Source of the DNA: Candidatus Cryptobacteroides caccocaballi
Lineage (GTDB): Bacteria; Bacteroidota; Bacteroidia; Bacteroidales; UBA932
Assembly: GCA_018064725.1 (NCBI GenBank)
Contig: JAGHUQ010000072.1
Span: 1 to 54,445 of the forward strand
Length of the DNA stretch: 54,445 nucleotides
Direction of reading: 5' to 3'
The notes under the pieces were generated by a model. It had not been told where the DNA came from, did no database searches, and was given only the letters and a program-made list of their open reading frames with translations. This document shows, in pieces, positions 1-9,735 of the stretch. A program made the translations under genes and the position numbers. Position 1 is the stretch's first letter; each line of letters opens with the position of its first letter.

Positions 1-28
1 TTTTCTTTTCACACTGCCCTATCCGGGC

Positions 29-70
29 AAAAATAAAGCGAGCGCCATTCTTCACAGAGTGGCGCTCGCT
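29..70 (-). terminator. Intrinsic terminator after ppiD
   Basis: Stem AGCGAGCGCCATTC(37-50)/GAGTGGCGCTCGCT(57-70) with one mismatch; A-rich run on + gives a U-tract on -. Confidence 0.8.
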
Positions 71-95
71 CGTGTTGTGTGCTAATTTCTTCTGA

Positions 96-2105
96 TTAGA
101 AGAAACGTGCTCTATTATCTTTCACGTCAGCATCGTCCATCATAACGTACATAAGCATCTGTGCGTTTCTCTGAGCGAGCTGCATTTCACTTGCCTTTGC
201 ATCATCCTCGGTGAAGTATGAACCGGTCTCACGTGAGTTTACACGGAATACATACACACCATAGGTACCGGCTACAGGACCTGTGATCTTACCGGTCTCT
301 GCTGCTGAGACTGCACCAACGAATGCAGGATCAGAGCCCTGAGACATGAGTGAAGAGAAGGTGATGTCGTCGCTGTGGCTTACAGTAGTACCGAGTGCCT
401 CTGCGATAGACTCGAGAGAGTTGAGACCTGAGATCTTCTTGGCAATTTCTGCCTTCTGGATCTCTGCAACCTTGTCAGCCTTGAGAGTGCTCTTGATGGT
501 TGCGGCAGCCTCCTCAACAGGAGCATAGCCCTCCTTGTGGATACCGGTGCAAGCAACTACGAAGAAGTAGTTCTGGTTGATGGTGATGATATCTGAAACC
601 TTGCCTGCCTTCTTCTGGTCGAATGCCCAGCGGGTAATTTCCTTGGTATTCTCAACACCGCCGAGAGTCTCGGAAGCCTCAGTCATTCTGTTTACAGGAT
701 GTGATACGAGACCGAGCTCCTCAACAGCAGCCTGGAAGTTCTCAAGCTTACCTGCAGACTGAACTGCAAGAGCGTTTGCCTCGCTGTAAGAGTTGTTGTA
801 AGTCTCCTTGCTAGGAAGAGCTGCCTTCTCGTAGATTGCAACCTGCTTCTTGAGTACAGGCTCGCTTGAAGAAACAAGCTCTGCGAGGAACTTGCCATAG
901 CTAGGAACGTCTACGACGATTGGAGTGCCGACCTTAGCCTCGAAGAGTGGCTCGAAACCTGGAACCATGTAGCTCTGGGTCATTGTCATAGGCTCAGCGT
1001 CACGAAGGACAGCAAGAGTGGAGTCATTCATTTCGCTGCCTGGAGCGTATCTTACCTCGATCTCGTCAGGAATCATCTTGCTTGCCATGATGCGTGCAGC
1101 ATAGAAGGTATCACCATCCTGTACCATCTCGCTTGATCCCTCAGCACCGCTGAACACGAACTCGTTGATAGCTGCATTCACTGTGTTGAGCTCGCCTGCT
1201 GAATACCAGTAGTTAGAGAGCGGACGATCAGAGTTCCTGAGGAGGAAGCTCTTCATGTTGTCGGTAGTTGTGAATTCCTCGTAGAGTGCAAGGTATGCAT
1301 CCTTAGCCTCAGCGACGTCCTTAGCTGAAGGAGTCACCTGGAAGAGAACATACTCGATGTCGCGGCTTGCATTCTGCTTGAAGAAGTCCTTGTGAGCATT
1401 GTAGTAGTTCTTGATCTCGTTGCTGCTTACGTTTGCCACAGAATCAGCTACGAAGCTGGTAGGAACCATTACGAAATCCACGTTGCTGCTTACGTTGTTC
1501 TCCTCGATGAGCTTTGCGAGCATAAGAGGACTCTGAACGTTGCTGTTTGCAAAGAGTGCAGCATACTTGGTATAGTACTGCTGGGTGCGGATTACGTTCT
1601 GCATATAGTTCCAGAGGGTATTGAGCCTTCCGGTCTCATCATCCTTAGCTGACTGCACGAACTGAACGAGGTACTCCTTTGAGAAGTTACCGTTCTCGTC
1701 CATGAAGTTCTGGGCGATGATAGGAGATACGTTGGCACCGGTGGTAAGGTCGATGAGCTCCTGCTCGCCTACCTCGATACCTGCGGCATTGGCATTCTTG
1801 ATGAAGAGGTACTTGTCGATAAGTGCCTGCCAAGCCTGATTACGGATTTCCTTGGTCTCCTGGTCACCTCTTACTGAAGAGCCTGTCATGAGCTCACTGA
1901 TTACAGTATAGGTATCCACATCAGCCTGGAAATCCTGATATGATACTGTCTTTCCGTTGATTTTACCTACATCATACTTTGATGACATGGCCTGACTTAC
2001 GGAACTAAGGGTGTTCGGATCCACGATGAACGAGAGCAACGCAAGCGCGATGATCACGGTGATTGCTATACCGAACTTGACGCGAATTGTTTCAAGAACC
2101 GCCAT
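96..2105 (-). CDS. ppiD: PpiD-like periplasmic chaperone / peptidyl-prolyl isomerase (SurA N-terminal domain, N-terminal membrane anchor)
   Basis: MAVLETIR..N-terminal TM, VGKING-x-VSY SurA_N motif, C-terminal rotamase-like region and DNRARFF end typical of Bacteroidota PpiD. Confidence 0.8.
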   Translation of the reverse strand: MAVLETIRVKFGIAITVIIALALLSFIVDPNTLSSVSQAMSSKYDVGKINGKTVSYQDFQADVDTYTVISELMTGSSVRGDQETKEIRNQAWQALIDKYLFIKNANAAGIEVGEQELIDLTTGANVSPIIAQNFMDENGNFSKEYLVQFVQSAKDDETGRLNTLWNYMQNVIRTQQYYTKYAALFANSNVQSPLMLAKLIEENNVSSNVDFVMVPTSFVADSVANVSSNEIKNYYNAHKDFFKQNASRDIEYVLFQVTPSAKDVAEAKDAYLALYEEFTTTDNMKSFLLRNSDRPLSNYWYSAGELNTVNAAINEFVFSGAEGSSEMVQDGDTFYAARIMASKMIPDEIEVRYAPGSEMNDSTLAVLRDAEPMTMTQSYMVPGFEPLFEAKVGTPIVVDVPSYGKFLAELVSSSEPVLKKQVAIYEKAALPSKETYNNSYSEANALAVQSAGKLENFQAAVEELGLVSHPVNRMTEASETLGGVENTKEITRWAFDQKKAGKVSDIITINQNYFFVVACTGIHKEGYAPVEEAAATIKSTLKADKVAEIQKAEIAKKISGLNSLESIAEALGTTVSHSDDITFSSLMSQGSDPAFVGAVSAAETGKITGPVAGTYGVYVFRVNSRETGSYFTEDDAKASEMQLAQRNAQMLMYVMMDDADVKDNRARFF

Positions 2106-2157
2106 TGTAAATATTATTTATTGTTTTTTTCTACTTAAAAATGTGCTATAAGGGACG

Positions 2158-2165
2158 CAAAGGTA
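2158..2165 (-). promoter_or_regulatory. Bacteroidota -7 promoter box for ppiD
   Basis: TACCTTTG on - strand (TAnnTTTG consensus), ~50 bp upstream of the ATG. Confidence 0.6.
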
Positions 2166-2186
2166 GTTATTTTCTTTCAATTAACA

Positions 2187-2789
2187 TTATTTTTTTAGTA
2201 ACGGACCTATAAAATTGGCCGTATCTATTATAACTGCCGTGCTATCCTGCACAACTACGCCGTAACTGTCGAAAGGTTTTCTTATTATCGTGTTGTCGGC
2301 ACGCTGGTCGGAAATCATTCCATATCCCTGCATGAATCCGTCATTGGAGTACATCTTGACATAGCAATCCGTAAAGATTGTCTCCTTTTCCCTATCCCAA
2401 TACAGCGTATCAGTCTCCATGGTCTCATCGTTGATTTCGTTCCTTACCCTCACGTTTCCGAAGGCCTGCCAAATCTCGTCACCGCTCTTTGGCTTTACAT
2501 GCTTGGCCTGATCGGCAAAGATCGTTGTCTCCAACTTGCCAGTCTCCACCTGATACATGTAGGCAGCGAAACCGTCCGGGAACAGTTCCCATGAAGTACT
2601 GTCGTTCTGATATCTTTCCATTCTGTCAGCCTCCATCCTGAGCTGAAGGTCTCCGTTAAGAGTCTGTACAACGAACATATTATCTACCGTCTGAATAGGC
2701 TTGAGCTCAGCTTCAGCTCCATCCTCGACAGTAGTATTATCGTTACACGAATAAACGACGAAAGCAACCGCCGAAGCGGTTGCAATCAT
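2187..2789 (-). CDS. lptC: LPS export periplasmic protein LptC
   Basis: Lipoprotein-like MIATASAVAFVVYSC; beta-jellyroll motifs FPDG, GNVRV, ETDTLYWD, IFTD; position in the conserved operon. Start placed at ATG 2789 (TTG 2816 is an alternative); the track ORF start overlaps the upstream gene. Confidence 0.75.
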   Translation of the reverse strand: MIATASAVAFVVYSCNDNTTVEDGAEAELKPIQTVDNMFVVQTLNGDLQLRMEADRMERYQNDSTSWELFPDGFAAYMYQVETGKLETTIFADQAKHVKPKSGDEIWQAFGNVRVRNEINDETMETDTLYWDREKETIFTDCYVKMYSNDGFMQGYGMISDQRADNTIIRKPFDSYGVVVQDSTAVIIDTANFIGPLLKK

Positions 2790-2824
2790 TCTGACAGTAT
2801 GTCGGATAATATTCAAATCCTTAA

Positions 2825-4135
2825 TTACTTCTGAGTCCTGACGGTAGTGGTAGCCCTCATACCGTTGCAAGCAACAGTGTAAGACTGACCATCCTGATAA
2901 CCGTACATGAACGCATCAGCAGTCTGAGGATAGTACTTAGCGTACTGTGAGATAAGGCTGTTAGCCTCGTCAGCGAGAGAAGCGTCAGCTGCCTTTGCCT
3001 TGTTGAGGTAGTCAACTGCTACCCAGTATGGAGCACGGCGAGCCATATCGTCACCACCACAGTTGGTAGCACCCCATGCAGTTGCGCAGATCATGTAAGC
3101 CTTTGCAGCAAGTGAAGGATCAAGCTCTGCAGCCTTGGTTGCAGCCTCGAATGCCTTAGCAGTCTTACCGCTCTTGATTGCGTAAGCAGCAAGCTCATAG
3201 TTGTACTGAGCGTCTACCTTCTCGTCAGACTCCTCGTAAGCGATAGCCTCCTCTGCGAAAGAAACTGCCTTGTTGTAGTCTCCACGTGAAGAGTAGAGCT
3301 TGAAGAGGTTGTAAGCAGAGAGATAAGAAGGGTTCTTGCTATGCATTACATTGACAGCGTTAAGGAAGAGGTCGTTGCTTGTACAACCCTCGGTGGTACC
3401 CATCATCTTTACGATCTTGGTAGCGAGGTCTACATTCTCAGGATCTGCATCGTAGCGAGGTCCGAAGAGTGCGAGAAGGTTGTCGCAGTCAGCAACGTGG
3501 CTTGAGATGAAGATGTTCTCTACATCGCTCTTTACCTTAGTGTTTGACTCGCTTGCGTCCTTTGCAACGATATTCTCGAGGATTGACATTGAGTTCTCAT
3601 AAGTGTTGATTACTTCCTCAGCATCGATGACGCCGTCCTTGAAGAGGGCAACAGCAGCATTGAGGTTGAAGAGGAAGATCTGAGGCTTGGTCTGCTCACC
3701 GTTGTTTGCGATGATAGCACCGAGATCCTTATAGAGAGCCTTGTTGTCGTCCTGAACATAGTTTACCATATCGAGACCCTTGTTATTGAGGGAGGTAACT
3801 GCATTTTTTGGATAGTACTGAGCACGCATGTCGTGGAGGAGGAGAAGGGTATCAACGTAAGCTTCCTTTGCTACGGCATTGTTGCGGTTCTTGTTGATCA
3901 TGTACCTGTAGATTGCTGCACCCTCGGTGTAGACAGTCTCACGGGTGTTAGGAGGGCAGAGCTTGAAAGCCTGTCTCCATGAAGGAAGAGCCTGCTCATA
4001 GCTCTTCTGCTTGTAATACTCCTTGTAGTAAGAGAGGTACTTGATGCACTCTGGATCAAGATTTTCCTGTGCGAAAACCTGTACTGATGATGCAGCCATG
4101 AGTACAGATGCAAAGAGGATTGCTAATTTTTTCAT
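2825..4135 (-). CDS. Secreted tetratricopeptide-repeat protein (conserved Bacteroidota protein beside lptC)
   Basis: Signal peptide MKKLAILFASVLMAASSVQVFAQ; TPR-like helices; YWVAVDYLNKAK..YPQTADAF C-terminus. Confidence 0.75.
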   Translation of the reverse strand: MKKLAILFASVLMAASSVQVFAQENLDPECIKYLSYYKEYYKQKSYEQALPSWRQAFKLCPPNTRETVYTEGAAIYRYMINKNRNNAVAKEAYVDTLLLLHDMRAQYYPKNAVTSLNNKGLDMVNYVQDDNKALYKDLGAIIANNGEQTKPQIFLFNLNAAVALFKDGVIDAEEVINTYENSMSILENIVAKDASESNTKVKSDVENIFISSHVADCDNLLALFGPRYDADPENVDLATKIVKMMGTTEGCTSNDLFLNAVNVMHSKNPSYLSAYNLFKLYSSRGDYNKAVSFAEEAIAYEESDEKVDAQYNYELAAYAIKSGKTAKAFEAATKAAELDPSLAAKAYMICATAWGATNCGGDDMARRAPYWVAVDYLNKAKAADASLADEANSLISQYAKYYPQTADAFMYGYQDGQSYTVACNGMRATTTVRTQK

Positions 4136-4172
4136 ATCTCTGATTATTTGTTTTATTCAGTTAAGGATGTCG

Positions 4173-5507
4173 TTAGTTATATCTTGGTTTCTGGAACCAA
4201 ATGTCGTGAATGTTGAATCCTACATATATAGTTGCATATCTTTCTCTGACCATCGTTTCGCTTTTCAGGCTACCTCTCTGTCCCAGATCTACTCCGAAGG
4301 TCAGACCGTTATAAAGCCTGAACACTGGTAATGTCATTCCAAGAGTTATGCCAGAAGCGCTGATCTTGTGTCCATCAATGAGAAAAGATTGCTGTTCATG
4401 GTAAATTCCACCACGATATGTGACTCTTCTGAAGTAGTATCTGATATCGTTTCTGTTAGGCGTAAGCTCAAATCCTGCCCTGAATGACTGAGATACAGAA
4501 GCTGAGAAAAGCTTTCCTACACTGTTGTATACCTTGAAACCGGTTGCCTCATCCAGTCCGCTCTTGGACCAGTCGCTTCTGAGGTAGTCGAATTCGACGC
4601 TCCACTTCTCCCCTCCCTTGACGCTGATACCTACTCCTATTTCGTCACCGAACATGAGACCCTGATCGGCGAGGGATACCGGATTGTATCTGAGGGTATC
4701 GGTAAGCTCGCTGGCAACTGCATAGCTGTAGTCGTCAAGCTCACCTTTCATCCTGGTCATAGGCCTGTACGTAGCACCCAACACCATACTTACATTTCCT
4801 GCCAAGTTCTGTTCGTACTGGATACCCAACTTTCCGGAAAGTGACCTCACACGAGTCTCATATCCCGAGTTGACGCTTCTGTATGAACTTTCAGAGAATA
4901 CGGTATTGGTGATCTTGTCAAGAGTACCGAAATAGTATATTGCCTCAGCACCGATGGAGAGACGCTTCCAGAATGTAGCACCAGCACCTATGAAAACCTG
5001 ATATACACCACCATTTCCATAGGATTTGTAGGTAATATTGTTCGTGTTTCCAATGATTTCAGGTCTTTCCTCAATGGATGAGAAATCGTATCCTATGTCA
5101 CTGAAAGGTGACACTCCTACCATGAAGGCAGAAGAGCGCCATATTGGGAAACTGAGTACGAAATCTGAAATATTGAAGGTGTTGTTCGCAGACTTGAACG
5201 CAGTTCCTCCCATATTCTGAGAAAATACCTTGTTGTTTTCCTGAAGTCCGAAGTCAGCCATGAATGAAAGACTGTCCCTGGCTGTGATCGAAGCAGGGTT
5301 AAGATAGTTTATATATCTTCTGTTCCTGGTAGCTATACCTACACCACCCATAGACTTCGTAAAAGCATTTCCATCTCTGAGGATATCTCCTATGCCATAC
5401 ACTGAATATGGCGAATATGAATTATTAGCACCATCCTGAGCCAAGGCACAGAATGAAACTGCAACGAAGAATATGACCGAAATTAACTTTCTGAGGTTTT
5501 TATTCAT
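4173..5507 (-). CDS. FadL-like outer-membrane beta-barrel protein
   Basis: Signal peptide, SPYSVYGIG N-terminus, SMGGVGIA..NYLNPAS FadL-type hatch motif, amphipathic beta-strands, aromatic C-terminal strand (IWFQKPRYN). Confidence 0.7.
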   Translation of the reverse strand: MNKNLRKLISVIFFVAVSFCALAQDGANNSYSPYSVYGIGDILRDGNAFTKSMGGVGIATRNRRYINYLNPASITARDSLSFMADFGLQENNKVFSQNMGGTAFKSANNTFNISDFVLSFPIWRSSAFMVGVSPFSDIGYDFSSIEERPEIIGNTNNITYKSYGNGGVYQVFIGAGATFWKRLSIGAEAIYYFGTLDKITNTVFSESSYRSVNSGYETRVRSLSGKLGIQYEQNLAGNVSMVLGATYRPMTRMKGELDDYSYAVASELTDTLRYNPVSLADQGLMFGDEIGVGISVKGGEKWSVEFDYLRSDWSKSGLDEATGFKVYNSVGKLFSASVSQSFRAGFELTPNRNDIRYYFRRVTYRGGIYHEQQSFLIDGHKISASGITLGMTLPVFRLYNGLTFGVDLGQRGSLKSETMVRERYATIYVGFNIHDIWFQKPRYN

Positions 5508-6219
5508 ATCTGTCAGCTATTAAAGCCAACCCCATCAATACAAGGTTACAAACTACAAAGATGGAATTTTTAAGCCTTTTTGCAAAATAATTCGCGTCTC
5601 CACCTGTAAAAACGCTGATGTTTGAGGGGTGTGAGTCCATCTGACCTTGAATTTCAAACATTATGCCTGAAATTGTTCCAGTCCTTATGGAAGATTCTGT
5701 CGAAGTACCTATCGGCTCTATCTCATCCGGCATGTCAAGCAATAGAGGAAGCGTTTTTCCAGAATATCTGTTAACTGCCTTGTATCTTGTCATGAAGCCT
5801 GGTGAAACAACTCCTCCCAGATATTTTCCATCCTTTGATATATAATCAACCGTAAGTATGGTTCCAAGATCGAATACAGTTACAGGACTATCCTTGAAAA
5901 GATGTCTTGCAGCAATTACCGACGCTGCCCTGTCCGGAGATAGGTAGGAAGGCAAGTTGTTTTCTTCCAATATCCTTGTATTTCTGGAACTTATGAGAAT
6001 AAGCCTTTCACATTCTCCTTCCAATATGGTCTCATTTCTCTTTGTCATCTCCCTTACCGTAGAAACTACCATCACCGATGGTCTTTCCCTGGAAGTAATG
6101 GAAAGGATGAAATCCATGGTCCTTTCACCCTGATATCTGTATGTCTTTCCGAGTGTAGTTCCCTCGGCCCATGCAGCCTTTAGGGCGGTATGTCCGATGT
6201 CTATGATGAGATTCGCCAC
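5500..6219 (-). CDS. coaX: Type III pantothenate kinase
   Basis: LIIDIGHT (DxGNT-like), PDR, DLGTILTVD, YLGGVVSPG, TGGDA, NLVLMGL motifs; GTG start at 6219 preferred. Confidence 0.85.
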   Translation of the reverse strand: MANLIIDIGHTALKAAWAEGTTLGKTYRYQGERTMDFILSITSRERPSVMVVSTVREMTKRNETILEGECERLILISSRNTRILEENNLPSYLSPDRAASVIAARHLFKDSPVTVFDLGTILTVDYISKDGKYLGGVVSPGFMTRYKAVNRYSGKTLPLLLDMPDEIEPIGTSTESSIRTGTISGIMFEIQGQMDSHPSNISVFTGGDANYFAKRLKNSIFVVCNLVLMGLALIADRYE

Positions 6220-6256
6220 TTTATCTTTATGTAAGTTCAGCAAAAATAATTAAAAA

Positions 6257-9200
6257 TTATAACTTGCTTATAAGCGTAAGCGCCTTTGATATGGAATCCA
6301 CGTTCCTGCATATGAACTTCATCTTACCTTCAGTCTGCTTGAATTCATATGTGTTTCCGTATAAGTTTGCGTTCTGGAACACCCGCTGCATCTTTCCGGT
6401 CTTGTAATAAGGGTTCATCTGGTTCGATATGAAGAACATTATCATTATTCCGTTCTTTATGATGACCTTCTCAAAGCCTACCTTCTGGGCTATCTGCCTT
6501 ATCTTGACAATATCGAAGAGACGCTCAAGTTCGATAGGCATCTTTCCGAACCTGTCCTCAAGTCTTTCCTTCATCTGAGCAAGAAGCTTGAAATCAGTAA
6601 TGGAATCAAGTTCCTTGTATATTCTTATCTTTTCTGCGGTCACTGACATGTAGTCATCAGGAATTAGCGCAAGCTGATCAGTCTCTATGGTGACGTCGGA
6701 TACATAGTTTTCATCCTGTCTTGCTGTCTGGATACCTGTCTCAACACCCAGTTCTTCCATGGCTTCCGCAAGTATCTTCTGATATGTCTCGAATCCCATA
6801 TCAGTTATGAATCCGCTCTGCTCTGCACCCAAAAGATTTCCCGCACCTCTGATATCAAGGTCCTGCATGGCTATATTGAAGCCACTTCCAAGGTCAGAGA
6901 ATGCCTCGATGGCCTTGAGCCTTCTCCTGGCTTCTTCTGTTATGGATACGAGAGGTGGAACTATCAGATAGCAGAAAGCACGTTTGTTGGATCTTCCAAC
7001 ACGGCCGCGAAGCTGATGAAGATCACTCAGACCAATGTTCTGAGCCTGATTGATGATCATGGTGTTTGCATTGGGAACATCCAGTCCGTTCTCTATTATG
7101 GTAGTACAGAGAAGCATGTCATACTCTCCGTCCATGAAGTCAAGTATCTTGTTCTCCAGGACGGTTGATTCCATCTGACCATGGGCTACACATATTCTCA
7201 TGTCAGGAACGAGTCCGTGAAGTATGTTTGCTATGCTCTCAAGCTCCTCTACCCTGTTATGAACGAAGAAAATCTGTCCGTTTCTGTTGAGCTCATAATT
7301 GATTATGCTCCTTATCTCATCCTTGTCGAACAGCATTATCTCCGTCTGGACAGGAATTCTGTTAGGCGGTGGGGTATTTATGATGGAAAGGTCACGGGCG
7401 CCGAGAAGGGAGAACTGAAGCGTGCGCGGAATAGGAGTGGCAGTGAGGGTCAAAGTATCCACGGATGCCTTTATCTGACGTAGCTTCTCCTTCGCACTTA
7501 CTCCGAATTTCTGCTCCTCATCTATTATGAGAAGTCCGAGATCCTTGAATTCGAATCCCTTTCCAAGAAGCTTGTGAGTGCCTATTACTATGTCTATCTT
7601 ACCATTCTTCAACCTTTCCTGAATATCTGATATCTGCTTGGCTGTCTTGAGACGGCTAACATATTCTATGTTGCAAGGAAAATTCTCAAGACGGCCCTTG
7701 AAGGTATTGTAATGCTGAAGAGAAAGAATTGTGGTAGGAACCAGCACTGCAACCTGCTTGCTGTCCGCAACGGCCTTGAAGGCAGCCCTGACAGCTACTT
7801 CAGTCTTTCCGAATCCTACGTCTCCACACACAAGCCTGTCCATAGGACATGAATCTTCCATGTCCTTCTTCACTGCTGCTATGGCTTTCTCCTGATCAGG
7901 AGTGTCCTCATACATGAAAGAAGATTCAAGCTCTTCCTGAAGATATGAGTCCGGGGAGAATGAGAAGCCATCTGCCGACTTTCTTTCTGTATATAGCTTT
8001 ATGAGATCTTTCGCAATATCCTTTACCTTGGATTTCGCGCTGGTCTTCATATTCTGCCATGTCTTGCTTCCGAGCTTGTTTATTCTCGGAACTTCTGAGT
8101 CCTTTGACTTGAACCTAGATATCTTGTGAAGTGAATGGACAGATATGAATACAACATCATTATCCTTGTAGATAAGCTTAACTACCTCATGCATTCTTCC
8201 CCTGTCATCCTTCATTCTTACAAGACCACCAAATACTCCAACGCCGTAGTCTATGTGCACGATGTAGTCACCTATCTCAAATGAGGAAAGCTCATTTATT
8301 GTGAGTTGCTCGCTCTTCTCTACGGTACGACGGATGGTTACTCTGTGGAAACGGTCGAATATCTCATGGTCTGAATAGCAGCATACCTTGTTTTCATTGT
8401 CTATGAATCCGGAGTGGATATTCTTTCCTGATACGAATTCGGGGATTACGCCCTCATTCTGTGAAAGAATGGAAGAAAGCCTTTCCAGCTGCCTTCTCTT
8501 TTCACCGAATATGATGACCCTGTACCCTGATTCTATCTTTTTTCTTATGTCTTCGGTAAGAAGTTCAAAATTCTTGTTGAATACAGGTTGGGGAGCGATG
8601 TTGAACTTTACATATTGGCAATCCTGCATCGAAAGAGGAATATCAAGATATACTCTCTTGAAGCCAAGAACACGAGGGAAGAATTCTCTTTCCTTGTAGA
8701 CGTCTGAAGAGTCAAGCCACACAAGCGTAGACTCAGGAAGTATGTCGAATACTGATATTCCTTCCTCTTCTTCTGACTCTATAGCAAGATCAGGATATAT
8801 GTCAGCCTTTTCTACTTTCTCTTTTGAAAGCTGGGTATTGCAGTCGAAAATCGATATATCCTCTATCTCATCTCCAAAAAGACTGAGCCTGTAAGGATTG
8901 TTGAGAGAATATGAGAATATGTCCACCACACCGCCTCTGAGCGTGAATTGGCCAGGTTCGGAAACGAAGTCTACATTCTCGAAGCCTGCATTGAAGAGAA
9001 TCTCTTCTATTTCATCATGGCTTATCTCTTCTCCCTTTCTAAGACTCAGCAGAGGCCTTTCAATCTTTCCGGATGATGGAAGAAGTTCCTCTACAGCTTC
9101 TGGGTAGGTAACTATATATATGCTTTCTCCTGTCTTTGAAGCCTCAATTATCTTTCCGATCGCAGAGGTACGCTGAACACCCAGCGATGACTTGTAGTTG

Positions 9201-9448
9201 CTTCTCTCTATTTTCTTTCCGCTTGCAGGAAGAAAGAAAACCCTGTCACCTTCAGTAAGTCCGTAAAGATCGGCTGAACAATATTCGGCTGAATCCTTGT
9301 CAGGAAGCATTATGAGGTTTATGCCTTCATGTGAGGTATCTTTGGTGACAAACCACCTTGCGGACAGAAAAAGCCCCCCGCAGAAAACCTCTTCTGACGA
9401 TTTGATCTTCTGCTGGATTTGTTCAATTGATTTATAACTTATCAACAT
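6257..9448 (-). CDS. mfd: Transcription-repair coupling factor
   Basis: UvrB-like N-terminus (GQFTLRGGVVDIF), CarD/RID domain (IVHIDYGVG), helicase motifs CGDVGFGKTE, DEEQKFG, TATPIPRT, QLRGRVGRS, TRCF C-terminus. Confidence 0.97.
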   Translation of the reverse strand: MLISYKSIEQIQQKIKSSEEVFCGGLFLSARWFVTKDTSHEGINLIMLPDKDSAEYCSADLYGLTEGDRVFFLPASGKKIERSNYKSSLGVQRTSAIGKIIEASKTGESIYIVTYPEAVEELLPSSGKIERPLLSLRKGEEISHDEIEEILFNAGFENVDFVSEPGQFTLRGGVVDIFSYSLNNPYRLSLFGDEIEDISIFDCNTQLSKEKVEKADIYPDLAIESEEEEGISVFDILPESTLVWLDSSDVYKEREFFPRVLGFKRVYLDIPLSMQDCQYVKFNIAPQPVFNKNFELLTEDIRKKIESGYRVIIFGEKRRQLERLSSILSQNEGVIPEFVSGKNIHSGFIDNENKVCCYSDHEIFDRFHRVTIRRTVEKSEQLTINELSSFEIGDYIVHIDYGVGVFGGLVRMKDDRGRMHEVVKLIYKDNDVVFISVHSLHKISRFKSKDSEVPRINKLGSKTWQNMKTSAKSKVKDIAKDLIKLYTERKSADGFSFSPDSYLQEELESSFMYEDTPDQEKAIAAVKKDMEDSCPMDRLVCGDVGFGKTEVAVRAAFKAVADSKQVAVLVPTTILSLQHYNTFKGRLENFPCNIEYVSRLKTAKQISDIQERLKNGKIDIVIGTHKLLGKGFEFKDLGLLIIDEEQKFGVSAKEKLRQIKASVDTLTLTATPIPRTLQFSLLGARDLSIINTPPPNRIPVQTEIMLFDKDEIRSIINYELNRNGQIFFVHNRVEELESIANILHGLVPDMRICVAHGQMESTVLENKILDFMDGEYDMLLCTTIIENGLDVPNANTMIINQAQNIGLSDLHQLRGRVGRSNKRAFCYLIVPPLVSITEEARRRLKAIEAFSDLGSGFNIAMQDLDIRGAGNLLGAEQSGFITDMGFETYQKILAEAMEELGVETGIQTARQDENYVSDVTIETDQLALIPDDYMSVTAEKIRIYKELDSITDFKLLAQMKERLEDRFGKMPIELERLFDIVKIRQIAQKVGFEKVIIKNGIMIMFFISNQMNPYYKTGKMQRVFQNANLYGNTYEFKQTEGKMKFICRNVDSISKALTLISKL

Positions 9449-9735
9449 CTTATGTCTCTTTTCTGTTCAAAACCAGTTGAAAACCCTGTTCAAAAACATT
9501 GATAAACAAAGTTTGAAAATAGGATCAAAGACTGCTTATACGGATTTCCCGGCAAACAAAGAAAATCATCAACAATGTTCCAATAATTTACCGATAGGGA
9601 TATCAACACGGTATGAACTCCATAAACAACTGTCAGTCAATAGGGAAATATTGCTTATCAACATTTCAACCGCGAAATATACATAAACATCAACTTATTA
9701 AAAATTGAATATCTTTGTATATAATTTATTTTGCG
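9439..9735. other. Candidate chromosomal replication origin (oriC)
   Basis: AT-rich divergent gap with TTATCAACA at 9439-9447 and 9655-9663 plus ~8 degenerate copies; gene orientation flips here; parS sites and mnmG nearby. Confidence 0.6.

Noticed and set aside
3276-3291. TCCACGTGAAG partial parS-like match
   Set aside because: Outer palindrome arms are missing
9477-9686. 69-aa ORF in the mfd-ruvB gap
   Set aside because: TTG start and atypical composition; region better explained by box repeats and promoters
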